Shown: positions 38,021-50,436 of the stretch, piece after piece
Position numbering within the stretch: the stretch's first letter is position 1
Layout: each line of letters begins with the position of its first letter
NCBI RefSeq assembly: GCF_963921235.1
Contig: NC_086108.1
Coordinates: forward strand, 25,792,001 to 25,856,000
DNA length: 64,000 nt
Direction: 5' to 3'
Origin: Mobula hypostoma
Lineage: Eukaryota
Translations under genes and position numbers: made by a program
The notes under the pieces: generated by a model
Databases searched by the model: none
What the model was told of the DNA's origin: nothing
What the model saw: the letters and a program-made list of their open reading frames with translations, nothing else

Positions 38021-41000
38021 TTGGTGAGCAAAGGGGAGTTTGTGGACATGGGTGTCATAGTTTGTTTCTGGATTACAGGAAAATAGGAGGGGTAATGGAA
38101 GTGATAAGATTGCTAAGCATGGACCCTGTAAGCCAAGTGGCCTTCTGTATTACAATAACCATGCACGTTGCATTGGAAAGCAAAGAAATGTTCCACTTTG
38201 TTCAGTAATCCATCAAACTAATTAGTACAAAACTGACTCACAGAAAATAAATTTCATTAGTTCTGTCTATCTACAAAATATAGCTAACATTTTGCAAGTA
38301 AAATTGTGTAGAACAAAATACATCATAGCTTCATTTGAGAATTAGCTTCCAAATTACTTTCCTGATGCTGTGGACCATATGTCAATGTTTAATTTATTCC
38401 AATTGTATTAACAAATCATCGGCACTGAAATATAAGATCTGGAAATCTGTGTAATTATATAAATCAGCACCATGTCATCAATAAAATCCATCTGCTTTTT
38501 AAAATAAAAGTGGTAGAAACTGTCAGAGAAGCCTTCCTTCACCATGAGATGAAGGGTCACATCCCTTCCTTTATTGGCAAATACACCAGATAACGTGTAC
38601 TTGGATTGTAAGTGCTGTAATATAATTAGACCCATAATCTTTATCTTGTACTAGGGTTGTGCTGAAGCCAATATTGAACTTGTGCGTACTGAGCCATAGA
38701 TCATTGGAAGGCTGACAAATGCAAGACAGATTACTTGACTTGAATTGGGTATCGAGCAGTAGAATAAAAGAATCAAATAAATACCTTGTCTTTCTCACTG
38801 CCTCTCACCTCACCAGCTCTGATAACACCATTTCAAATAGAGTGGTGGATTTAAAAAAAAGTTTTGTGAGGTAAAGTTTTACAACTGTTGTCAGCAGTAC
38901 TTACAGGAAATAAGCTATAAAATTGAAGTCTGCCAACATAACAGGTTACTTCATTATTTATAACTGTAACCACAGGCGGTGTGACCACATGTTCTTCTGG
39001 CGTAACAGTATCATTACAACCACCTGTGATCAAATTACTTGAACAATGCCAAAATAATTTAGAGCTAAACCTAGGCACTGCATATGCTAGGGTTAATTAT
39101 GGTTATCAATTAGTTCATGTGATCAGAATTGGAACAGTTTTGGAGGAGCACCAAAGGCAAGCATAATGACAAGATAGTCTCTTGAGAGGGTTTGATGGTT
39201 CTGTTAAAACCAATTCATTTTGACATTGAGCTTGGCTTTAACGGAAAGTAAGGCAATAACCATTGAAGTGACGGGCATGAGCCTGGGTAAATCTGAAGTA
39301 ACTGGGGAGCTGCGGATAGTGAGCGGACTTGAACAAAGAGTGATCTTGTTGAGAGTGTCTGAACTTGAGAGTAATATTGATAGCCTGAGCATGTTTAGAG
39401 CAATTTTTACTGGGTAGTGAACAACACTGAATGAGAAAATGAAAAGTCAAAGTAACTAACTGATTTTTTTCTTTCTCTGGAGGAACCAGTTCTTACCAAA
39501 AGCTTATTTTAACTGATAAAATGGGAAGACCTTAGTGCTGACTGATGACCTTTCCATAATCTACCTCAAGCAAGATAGGTTCAATGAAACCTTTAGGTAC
39601 TCTCTGTTACAGAGTAGTACAGGGTCTTTGCATTGAAATATCAGCTCAAGGGAAGGTGTTGTAACAGTGTGTTTTTTTTTGCCCTGTTCTGATCTCTTGC
39701 TCCCACTGAAATAAAATCAATGACCCAACTGAATCTAAACTTTGCATATTCTCAGAAAGAGCATCTCACAAGTTTCAGGGGTTTGTGTTGTTTATAAGTT
39801 GTCAGACAATGTATTATTGGAGAGCTCTGTCGTCTTGTTCCAGGATCCTAGTGTATTTTGAATTTCTGAACAAAAGATTAGTATCAACTATGAAACAGGA
39901 TGCTTATTGTCTCAAAATCAGTTAATTTTACAGAAATACGTAAAGTCAGTAATAATCAGCATAGAGAATTGTGCAAAATTGTTCAAGCAGGTTCAGGAAA
40001 GCATTGAGGGATTGCATGCACGTAAAATAACAAAATGTAGTTCTGTGTTAAATATGTATTAGTTTATTTTTGTTTATATCTCCACCAATGGTCAAATCTC
40101 TTGTTCCCATATGAGCACATTCATGAATAACTGAAGCTTAGAAGATTCAGAACAACTTGTGCATTAAAAAAATGTAAAAAGACACTCATAGGGTTTCCAA
40201 AGCACTTGAATGACTTTGATCTGCTAATTTGGAAATGATAGAAAGTGGCCATTGGCAAATACTCTCTGGCTTGTGTCAATTCAATGATTTAAAATTAATA
40301 GAAATTGAAATAAATGATGAGTGAATTTTCTTAAACACTGTCTGTTAGTTATTTAGACATTTTTGATGGAAAAGAATTACTGTGCAAATTGCAATATTCA
40401 AATTACCTTTATAACTTTAAATTCAATAAGAAGATAAACAAACCTATAACCTCTCACAGCTAAGCATATTTTTAAAAAAGTTATACTGAAGAAAATTATA
40501 ACTATTATATTTTAAAATATATAAACAAGATTAACGTGCAAATAATTCGGGTCAACTTGCTCCATATTAAGTAGGTGGAATTGCCTAATATGTAACTCAG
40601 AGTATTCTTCAATTGCTTAAGGTCATTTGAAAATCAGCCTCCTTTTGAAATCAATCAGAAACCCTATTTTTGATATTTTTAATTTAGTTTTTGTAGATTA
40701 AATTTCATTCAAGTTAGTAGATGTAGTAACAAAACTAAAAAGGGCTTGCATTCTACAATAATTTTAACGTTTGACAACTAGTTTAATTTCAATCAAGTGT
40801 TGTGACTATATTAAATAAAATTAAAGATTTATTTCCACCACAATAATATTACAAAGCTTAATATATAATCTATCATCTCTGCGAAGGTTAATATTTTGAT
40901 GTTTTTGTGAAATTGAGCATATTTCTCCTTCTTGGTTATTGATCCTAATGAGCTTGAAAATGTCAAAAGCAGTCATTGATTTTGCTTGTGCTTCCCTCTG

Positions 41001-42638
41001 AGAGCCTTTCTTCCTTCTGAAAAATAGGACCTGTTCAATATGTAGTTTGAAGGAAATGTCTGCGCGCTGAGTGCATTTATTTCCATAATCTGTCATGAAA
41101 ATATGAGCATTCCTGCAGTTATATAACATAGGTAATGAGATTACAATTTAGTCAGTTATTTAGTGAGTTACTGTCAGGAGCTACATTTCTGAGCAGTAAT
41201 TAGCAAACTCTATTGGACTCTGCTTTCCTATAGCATATTTCGAGTCTTGTTTTCTTCCTGCTCTGTGATACATGATGCCTTTTATAGGTCTCATAGTGCT
41301 TTCTTTGTGATGTTTGCTGCTTAGTTACATAGTATAATTAATCCTTTCCTCATGGCCACAGTTCGTACATCTTATTCTGTGCAAAAATCAGCAAAGACAC
41401 GACAGATATTTGAAATAGTCATAGAGTTGTGCAGTACAGAAACAGGCCCTTTGGATCACCATATTTTTGTTCAACCGTTCCTCATTGCTTGCATCCTTCT
41501 ATGCTTTGCCTACTTATTCCTGTCTAAATATCTCTTAAGCATAGCAATTATATCTGATTCAACCATAATTTCTGACAACAAATTACACAAATGAACTGCT
41601 CCTTGTGTAAAAATTTTACCCCTTAGATGGCTGTTAAACTTCTCATGTTAAAATTCTGCCCTTTGCTATTCCTACTATGAGAAAATAGGTTTAAAATCAA
41701 AACAGAAGCAGCAGAACTGTTTCTAGCATTTTCTAAACGTGGGAGTCTGTAGATGTTGGAAATCCAGAGCAACACAGACAAAATGCTTGTGTCTAGCTCT
41801 CTCTGTTTCCTACATTTTCTGTTTGTATTGAGTGGTAAGATTCAGTCTGTGTGTTCTACTAATTCTTGCAATTCATGGTATGTATTGGAACATGCAAGGT
41901 TAGTAATAGAGGCCAGTTGCAAAGATGATAGTATATGTCACAGCTTGCACAGTTGTGACATATTATTCATGCTTCACATTGCATAACTACAGTGTAAGTT
42001 CATGACTGGTGTATCACAATATTTGTTTGAGGTACTTGTTCAAAAACTCAGTCAGCTTACATGGGCAAGCAAGAAGTCAACAGAGATCACAAGAACAGCC
42101 AAGACAAACAGAGAGCAGCTGGATTAATTTGGGGGAAACATTACCAGCTATTTGTGTTGTATTTTGTAAGCTTCATGATGTGCAAAATGTTAATTTTTAA
42201 ATTTTCTCTGAAACATTTTTTAAGATCTAGTTATTATGATGTACCAAAGCATCAGTAAAGTAAATATTACACGGCTTCTTTTTATTCTTCCCAGCTTAAT
42301 CATGAACATCATTGTAAGGGGTGTACTCCCCTTATAAGGAATCTTAATTTGGCTAATTTCCCCTAACTTAATTGTTGTAATAAACTTTAGAGAATTGCCA
42401 CTAAAGTAAAACTGAGTACCAAAACTTGATATCTTGATTTAGTAATGTTAACTGTGTGGCAGAAAGAGTGAACTTCTCTGAAGGTACAATCTTTTTGTGG
42501 AGGCCTTGAAACAACTTCATAATTATTTCAAAGAGCAATGGATATCTCTAGGATATCCTGGACAATGCTTGATCCGCAGTTAACTTTCCTAAGTCATGTT
42601 ATAAGGCAACAAACAGGAATTCTGCAGATGCTGGAAAT

Positions 42639-45600
42639 TCAAGCAACACACATCAAAGTTGCTGGTGAATGCAGCAGGCCAGGCAGCATCTGTAGGAAGA
42701 GGTGCAGTCGACGTTTCAGGCCGAGACCCTTTGTCAGGACTAACTGAAGGAAGAGTGAGTAAGGGATTTGAAAGTTGGAGGGGTAGGGGGAGATCCAAAA
42801 TGATAGGAGAAGACAGGAGGGGGAGGGATGGAGCCAAGAGCTGGACAGGTGATTGGCAAAAGGGGATACGAGAGGATCAAGGGACAGGAGGTCCGGGAAG
42901 AAAGACAAGGGGGGGGGACCCAGAGGATGGGCAAGAGGTATATTCAGAGGGACAGAGGGAGAAAAAGGAGAGTGAGAGAAAGAATGTGTGCATAAAAATA
43001 AGTAACAGATGGGGTACGAGGGGGAGGTGGGGCATGAGCGGAAGTTAGAGAAGTCGATGTTCATGCCATCAGGTTGGAGGCTACCCAGGCAGAATATAAG
43101 GTGTTGTTCCTCCAACCTGAGTGTGGCTTCATCTTTACAGTAGAGGAGGCCGTGGATAGACATGTCAGAATGGGAATGGGATGTGGAATTAAAATGTGTG
43201 GCCACTGGGAGATCCTGCTTTCTCTGGCGGACAGAGCGTAGATGTTCAGCAAAGCGGTCTCCCAGTCTGCGTCGGGTCTCGCCAATATATAAAAGGCCAC
43301 ATCGGGAGCACCGGACGCAGTATATCACCCCAGTCGACTCACAGGTGAAGTGTTGCCTCACCTGGAAGGACTGTTTGGGGCCCTGAATGGTGGTAAGGGA
43401 GGAAGTGTAAGGGCATGTGTAGCACTTGTTCCGCTTACACGGATAAGTGCCAGGAGGGAGATCAGTGGGGAGGGATGGGGGGGACAAATGGACAAGGGAG
43501 TTGTGTAGGGAACGATCCCTGCGGAATGCAGAGAGGGGTGGGGAGGGGAAGATGTGCTTAGTGGTGGGTTCCCGTTGGAGGTGGCGGAAGTTACGGAGAA
43601 TAATATGCTGGACCCGGAGGCTAGTGGGGTGGTAGGTGAGGACCAGGGGAACCCTATTCCTAGTGGGGTGGTGGGAGGATGGAGTGAGAGCAGATGTACG
43701 TGAAATGGGGGAGATGCGTTTAAGAGCAGAGTTGATAGTGGAGGAAGGGAAGCCCCTTTCTTTAAAAAATGAAGACATCTCCCACGTCCTAGAATGAAAA
43801 GCCTCATCCTGAGAGCAGATGCGGCGGAGATGGAGGAATTGCGAGAAGGGGATGGCGGTTTTGCAAGAGACAGGATGAGAAGAGGAATAGTCCAGATAGC
43901 TGTGAGAGTCAGTAGGCTTATAGTAGACATCAGTGGATAAGCTGTCTCCAGAGACAGAGACAGAAAGATCTAGAAAGGGGAGGGAGGTGTTGGAAATGGA
44001 CCAAGTAAACTTGAGGGCAGGGTGAAAGTTGGAGGCAAAGTTAATAAAGTCAACGAGTTCTGCATGCCTGCAGGAAGCAGTGCCAATGCAGTCGTCGATG
44101 TAGCGAAGGAAAAGTGGGGGACAGATACCAGAATAGGCACGGAACATAGATTGTTCCACAAACCCAACAAAAAGGCAGGCATAGCTAGGACCCATACGGG
44201 TGCCCATAGCTACACCTTTAGTTTGGAGGAAGTGGGAGGAGCCAAAGGAGAAATTATTAAGAGTAAGGACTAATTCCGCTAGACGGAGCAGAGTGGTGGT
44301 AGAGGGGAACTGATTAGGTCTGGAATCCAAAAAGAAGCGTAGAGCTTTGAGACCTTCCTGATGGGGGATGGAAGTATATAAGGACTGGACATCCATGGTG
44401 AAAATAAAGCGGTGAGGGCCAGGGAACTTAAAATCATCGAAAAGTTTAAGAGCGTGAGAAGTGTCACGAACATAGGTCGGAAGGGATTGAACAAGGGGTG
44501 ATAAAACAGAGTCGAGGTATGCAGAAACGAGTTCGGTGGGGCAGGAGCAAGCTGAGACAATAGGTCGGCCAGGACAGGCAGGTTTGTGGATCTTGGGTAG
44601 GAGGTAGAAACGGGAAGTGCGGGGTGTGGGAACTATAAGGTTGGTAGCAGTGGATGGGAGATCCCCTGAGCGGATAAAGTCGGTGATGGTGTGGGAGACA
44701 ATGGCCTGGTGCTCCTTAGTGGTGTCACGATCGAGGGGTAAATAAGAGGAGGTATCCGCGAGTTGTCGCTGTGCCTCGGCAAGGTAGAGGTCAGTACGCC
44801 AGACTACAACAGCACCCCCCTTATCAGCGGGTTTAATAATAAGGTTAGGATTAGTGCGGAGGGAGTGGAGAGCAGAGCGTTCGGAAGGAGTGAGGTTGGA
44901 ATGGGGACAAGGTGCGGTGAAGTCGAGACGGTTGATGTCCCGTCGGTAATTAGCGATAAAGAGATCCAGAGCAGGCAGAAGACCAGAGTGGGGTGTCCAT
45001 GAAGAAGAGGAGGGTTGAAGACGGGAGAAGGGGTCATCGGTGGGGTTGGAAGAGTCCTTGCCGAAGAAGTAGGCTTGGAGACGGAGACGGCGGAAGAAAA
45101 GTTCCGCATCGTGGCGAACACGGAACTCGCTGAGGTGTGGGCGAAGGGGGACAAACGTGAGGCCCTTACTGAGAACAGAGCGCTCTGCCTCCGACAGTTG
45201 AAGGTCGGAGGAGATGGTAAAGACCCGGCACGAATGAGAGCTGGGATCAGAGGGGGGAGGGGGGAGGCTGGGGGTGTCAGTGGAGAGGGGAGGGTTGGGG
45301 TGAGAGGAAGATGGAGCCTCTGAGGGCCCAGGAGTTGACGGTGGGATCTGAGGAAGACGGGGCTGCGGAGTGGTGGTGGGGGAAGGGGAGACGGGAGTCA
45401 CAACAGCAGCACATAAAGACCCGGCCTGGAGTTCAAGGCTGGCGTCACAGTTGGTGGTTGCGCAATCGCTGTGAAGGTGTCATGGTCGTTGCTGGAGTCC
45501 GGGTTTTGAATATGCCCTGAGGTGTTGGAGCCGCCGAGATCAATGGCAGGGGCCGCAATCTGAAGTTCATGCCTGCTAGTTTCAGGGCCAGCAGGCTCTG

Positions 45601-46085
45601 GAGTCCGTAGATGTAGGATCTTGCGATCTTTGCCTAACATGACAAAGTCAAAAAAACGGTGATTGCAGGCGTAAAATCCGACGGAGGATGAAATAACGGG
45701 TAGGACCATTACAGACGGCGAAGAAAGTGTCCCGAAGGTGTGGAATGGTCTGGGATAGGTTCACCAAGTACCTCCTCATGGCGGAGAGAGTCGCCTTCAG
45801 AGCTTGACGGGAGAAGCGGCAAGAGGCAGAGTCAATAAAATGTGAGTACCTGGGATCCTCAGAAGGTCCAAATTGAGAGGCTTGGAAACGAATCCTAAAG
45901 CCAACTGGAGTAAATTGGCGACGGAGGCACGTTCCAAGAAAGGATATATGGCTGTGATAGCGAGTCTGAGTCAAAGTGTGGTCGAAAAGTTGAAGAGCCA
46001 AAGAAATTACAGATGGGGAGCAGTGAGAGATGGTTTCACTGAACTCCCGTCGAAGATAGGATCTAAACTTCTTCGGTGTAGGCAT
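42639..46085 (-). CDS. PLE polyprotein (RT + Cys linker + GIY-YIG endonuclease); 920-aa open segment 45401-42639, N-terminus broken by two compensating frameshifts
   Basis: KGLTFVP, KPADKGG, PKIHK, GRPIVS, MDVQSLYTSI, GVAMG, RYIDD, CKRNKCYTC (Cys linker characteristic of Neptune), GVIYCVRCSRCGLLYIGET...RFAEH. Confidence 0.92.
42706..42741 (-). ncRNA. Hammerhead motif in the downstream repeat, core mutated (CUGACAA, G8 to A)
   Basis: Identical to the 50536 motif except at position 42732. Confidence 0.65.
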
Positions 46086-46219
46086 CACCGGAAGAGGCTT
46101 CGCAGTAGTGAATTTAAACGCAAACAACAGGAATTCTGCAGATGCTGGAAATTCAAGCAACACACATCAAAGTTGCTGGTGAACGCAGCAGGCCAGGCAG
46201 CATCTGTAGGAAGAGGTGC

Positions 46220-46252
46220 AGTCGACGTTTCAGGCCGAGACCCTTCGTCAGG
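46220..46252 (-). ncRNA. Minimal hammerhead motif in the upstream pLTR (core intact, 5' stem I arm replaced by the inversion junction)
   Basis: Minus strand CUGACGA-AGGGUCUCGGCCU-GAAA-CGUC-GACU. Confidence 0.7.
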
Positions 46253-47699
46253 CCTGCTGCGTTCACCAGCAACTTTGATGTGTGTTGCTTATAAGGCAAC
46301 AATTTGTGAGTGCTCGACCGTATATTTTGACCAGCACTTTTGCTACATTACAACAGTGAATTCATTTTAACAATACTTCAACAGTGAATTCATTTTAACA
46401 ATAACTTACAAATGTGTCCTTTCTTTATTTGAATAGTACCTCAAAAATACCTGAAGGACTTGGATTTTGATTTTTTTCAGTAATTTTTATTGAGCCATAT
46501 TCTCAGTAATCTTACCTAAAATGAAAAATATAATTCTGAAATTTGTTGCCCCATTTAGAAAACTTTCAGGAAGACTGCAACTGCATAGTGATCTTTATTT
46601 CTTGTCCACATTCCGCCAAGAATCCATATCCATCAATTTATTTTTATACTGTTAATGCAATTTTTGGGTTTGGCACATGTAGTAATTAACCTTAACTGAC
46701 TTCAGCCAGTAGCCTTCAGATTCATGCAAATATAAATAAACGTCAATAAGGAAAGAGAGCATGAGATAATGAGATTGAATCCTTAAAGTGAGGTCATTGG
46801 TTGTGGAAACATTTCAATGCTGGGGCAAGTGAGTGTAGTTATCCCCTTCTGTTCAAGAGCCTGATGATTGGGTAATAGTTCTTGACCATGATGGTGTGAG
46901 TCCTGAGACTCTTGTACCTTCTACCTGATGGCAGCGGCAATAAGTGGTCCCCTGGGTAGTGACAGTATTTCATGTGGATGTGCTCAATAGTTGGGAGGGC
47001 TCTACCCCATTATGTAGATAACTGTACGCAGGGAAAGAGGCCTTTCATGCCCACCATCATGTATTTATGCCCACCATCATGCCTATCTTCTCTATTCCCA
47101 TTTGTCTGCATTAATTACATATTGATTACTATGCTCTGTTCAAGTATCTGCCCAGAATCATTTCAAATGTGGTTACTGCTTCTGTCTGCACTACTATTTG
47201 GACCCAGGTACCAACTACTCGTGAATTAATAGAGCAATAAAGCATGGATACAGGCCCTTTGGTCTAGCCAGTCTACAGTGTCTACCCAGCTAGTCCTAAT
47301 TTCCCACATTCAGCCCATATCCTTCTAAGCCACAGCCCTCAAGCCACAGTGTCGCCTGTTTACAGCCACCCAGGAGAGAGGAGTTGGGATGTGTGCTCCA
47401 CCAGAGGTGGTAGGGCATAGCTTCCAAGCCGAAGTTGGTTCTGACCCCAGAGCTGGCTCTGCAGAAGACAATCTGTATTACGGTCAACTGCAGATTGCTG
47501 CAATATGCATGGATTCAGGGTCTTTGACTTTTTTTTTGGTGTGACTGTATTTTACTGATATATGTGCTTGCTATCTTATATGTGCTCTGTGTTTGTGCTG
47601 TGTGTGACTGTCGGTCCTGTGTTTTCACCTTGACCCCGGAGTAATGCTGTTTCCTTTGGCTGTGTTCATGGGTATTCATGCATGATTGAATGACAATTC

Positions 47700-48560
47700 A
47701 ACTTGAACTCCAGTTATCTCTCTAAGAGCTTCTTAAATGATACTATTGCACCTGACTCAACTGTGTCCTCTGACAGCTTGTCCCATACATTTACCATTTG
47801 CTACATTAAAAAAAAAATTCCCCTTCGGGTCCCTTTTAAATCTTTCCTCTCTCACCTTATATTTGTACTCCCTTCCCTCGGGAAAAGGACTGTTACCACT
47901 CACCTTATTCATGCCTTTCACAATTTACATTCTGCCATGCTCCAAGGAATCAAGACCTAACTTGGCCTACCTCTCCATATATATCTCTGGCATCATCCTT
48001 GTAAATCTTCTCTGCACTCTTTCCAGTTTAACCACTTCTTTCCTATATCAAGGTTACCGAAGCTGTACACAGTATTCCAAGTGCATCTTCATCAATGGCT
48101 TATACAAATGCAACATAATGTCCTGACTCCCATACTCAGTGCTCTAGATAATGAAAGCCAGCATGCCTGTATCGACACCTCCTCTATCCATAACACTACT
48201 TTCAACGAACTATATATACTGGTACTCCTAGGTCTCTCTGTTCCATTGTAGTCTCTAGTGCCCTACCATTCATTGTGCAAGTCCTATACTAGATTGACTT
48301 TCCAATGTGCATTATCTTACACTTATCTGTAATTAAACCAATTTACCACTCCTTGGCTGAGTTCTTTAACAGATCAAATCCCCCTGCAGTATGCAATAGC
48401 CTTCTACACTTGTTGAAGGCTTTATTAAAGTTCAAATAGACAACATCCACTTCTTTACCCATGTTTACAATTTTTGGCTCTGCCTTCAAAAACCACTAGA
48501 AATGTCGTATCACTTCCTAGGCATGCCACGTTGACTCTTCCTAATCAAAACGTGGATACC
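47700..48560 (-). mobile_element. Decayed CR1 3' fragments
   Basis: Reverse complements of CR1 motifs (cttgtaaatcttctctgcactct, cacagtattccaagtg, gacaacatccac). Confidence 0.65.
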
Positions 48561-50436
48561 TTTCAAGATGGCGCTGCATTGCGTTCTCCGCCGAGTTCAT
48601 GGCTCAGACTTTGGTGTTTTTGTCTAGGTTTGTCGAGATGGTTTTGGGGACAGTTGGGGAGTTTGAGGTCAGGTTAGGTTTGAGGAATGATGATGTGGTG
48701 AAGTTAGAGATTGGATTAGGGTTTACAGACACAGAAGTGAATGGGTTAAAGGCTGAACTTCCACTCTGTGCTCCGCGATCAAAGTCCAGTGAAGTAGGTG
48801 GCTGCAAAGGACATCTGTAGTCCAGCCTTTCGCTCAGCATTTGAAGGCAAGCAGCATCGACAGTTGACAGAGGACATTTGAAGTCCAGATCAAAGCCAGC
48901 AATGTGGACAGGTGACAAAGGACATTCGCAGTCCAACCTTCCACATTGCATTTGAAGGCAAGTGATATCAACAGATGGCAAAGGGCATCCACAGGCCAGG
49001 CCTTCACTCCATGCTTGAAGGCCATGAGAGCAGGAAGCACGAGGGCTGGTCAGCTGGTGCATCTGAAGTCACAGCCTGGACATGGTCTGGAGTTCGAAGT
49101 CCTATGATTGGCTCGTCCGAGGGTCAATATCAAAGATCAGGGTCTAAAGGTCAATTGGAAGTCCAGAAGTTGAAGCCCAATGGCTGAAGCCTAGGAGACT
49201 GTCCATTTGTGTGTGGGTGGATGAGAGGGAGGTTGGGTAAGAGGAAAGAGGCTTATTTTGCATTTATTGTTTTGTTGCTTGTTGTGTTCTATGTTATTCT
49301 GCCCAACATTGTGGGCATGCTTTGTAGGCACTGGGATGTGTGGTGAAACTTGCATGTTGCCCACAACATATCCCTAGTTCATGTTGGCTGTTAATGGAAA
49401 TGATGCATATATGTGGAGTGCTGCGGGAGGGGTGTGGGACAGGTGGTCAGGGCAGTGGTGGTGTGGGTGTAGACACATCCAGCTCTGACACACCAGGCAA
49501 GTTTATTTGATTCAAAACAATTGGTTTATTGATCCTAACAGAATGTCTCTCTGGTGCTTCCCACTCCCACTCCTCTCCCTTCCCTTTTCTTTTTTTTAGA
49601 TGATGAGGACACTCAGTCCTCATTTATTGTCATTTAGAAATGCATGCATTAAAAAATGATACAATGTTCCTCCAGAATGATATCACAAAAAAAAGGACAA
49701 ACCAAGACTAAATCTGACAAAACCACATAATTATAACATATAGTTACAACAATGCAAAGCAATACTGTAATTTGATAAAGAGCAGACCATGGGCACGGTA
49801 AAAAAAAGTCTCAAAGTCCTGATCGACTCATCATCTAACGCAGGCAGTAGAAAGGAGAAACTCTCCCTGCCATGAACCTCCAAGCGCCTACAACTTGCCG
49901 ATGCATTGGAAGCACCTGACCGCAGCGGACTCTGAGTCCGTCCGAAAACTTTGAGCCTCTGACCAGCCCATCCAAGCACCATCCTCTGCCAAGCGCTTCG
50001 ACTCTTCCCCGGCCGCCAAACAACAAGCAAAGCGGAGGACTCGGGGCCTTCTCCTCGGGAGATTCTGGATCACACAGTAGCAGTGGCAGCGAAGCAGGCA
50101 TTTCAGAAGTTTCACCAGATGTTCCTCCGTGCTCTCACATCTGTCTCCATCAAATCAGGATTTTGTACGGCCTCCACTTGACAAATAACAGACATCACCA
50201 CCATCAAGCTGCGTCACGCTGCTGTCTCCTCCTCCCAACCTTTTCCCAACCATCATTCCCCTTTCCGTGTCCCTTCCCACTCTCAGTCCACAATAGAGAC
50301 CTATATGGGTATCAGGCTTAATATCACTCATATATGTCATCAAATTTGTTGTTTTTTTGTGGCAGCAATACAGTGCAATACATAAAATTGCTACAGTACT
50401 GAGCAGGTCTAGGCTCCCTAGCTATATATATATGTG

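Larger units (their letters stand above)
42613..46288 (-). mobile_element. Near-complete Neptune-type Penelope-like element with direct terminal repeat (pLTR) and short inverted 5' piece
   Basis: About 130-bp direct repeats at 42609-42738 and 46125-46252, inverted segment at 46251-46290, 14-bp TSD TTATAAGGCAACAA at 42599-42612 and 46289-46302. Confidence 0.95.

Noticed and set aside
39220..39417. 65-aa ORF (..ILLRVSELESNIDSL..)
   Set aside because: No convincing splice context or homology; at best a CR1 ORF1 coiled-coil relic.
46351..46403. 25-bp tandem duplication beside the PLE insertion
   Set aside because: It lies outside the PLE TSD and looks like an ordinary slippage duplication (similar ones at about 47047-47082 and 58270-58335).
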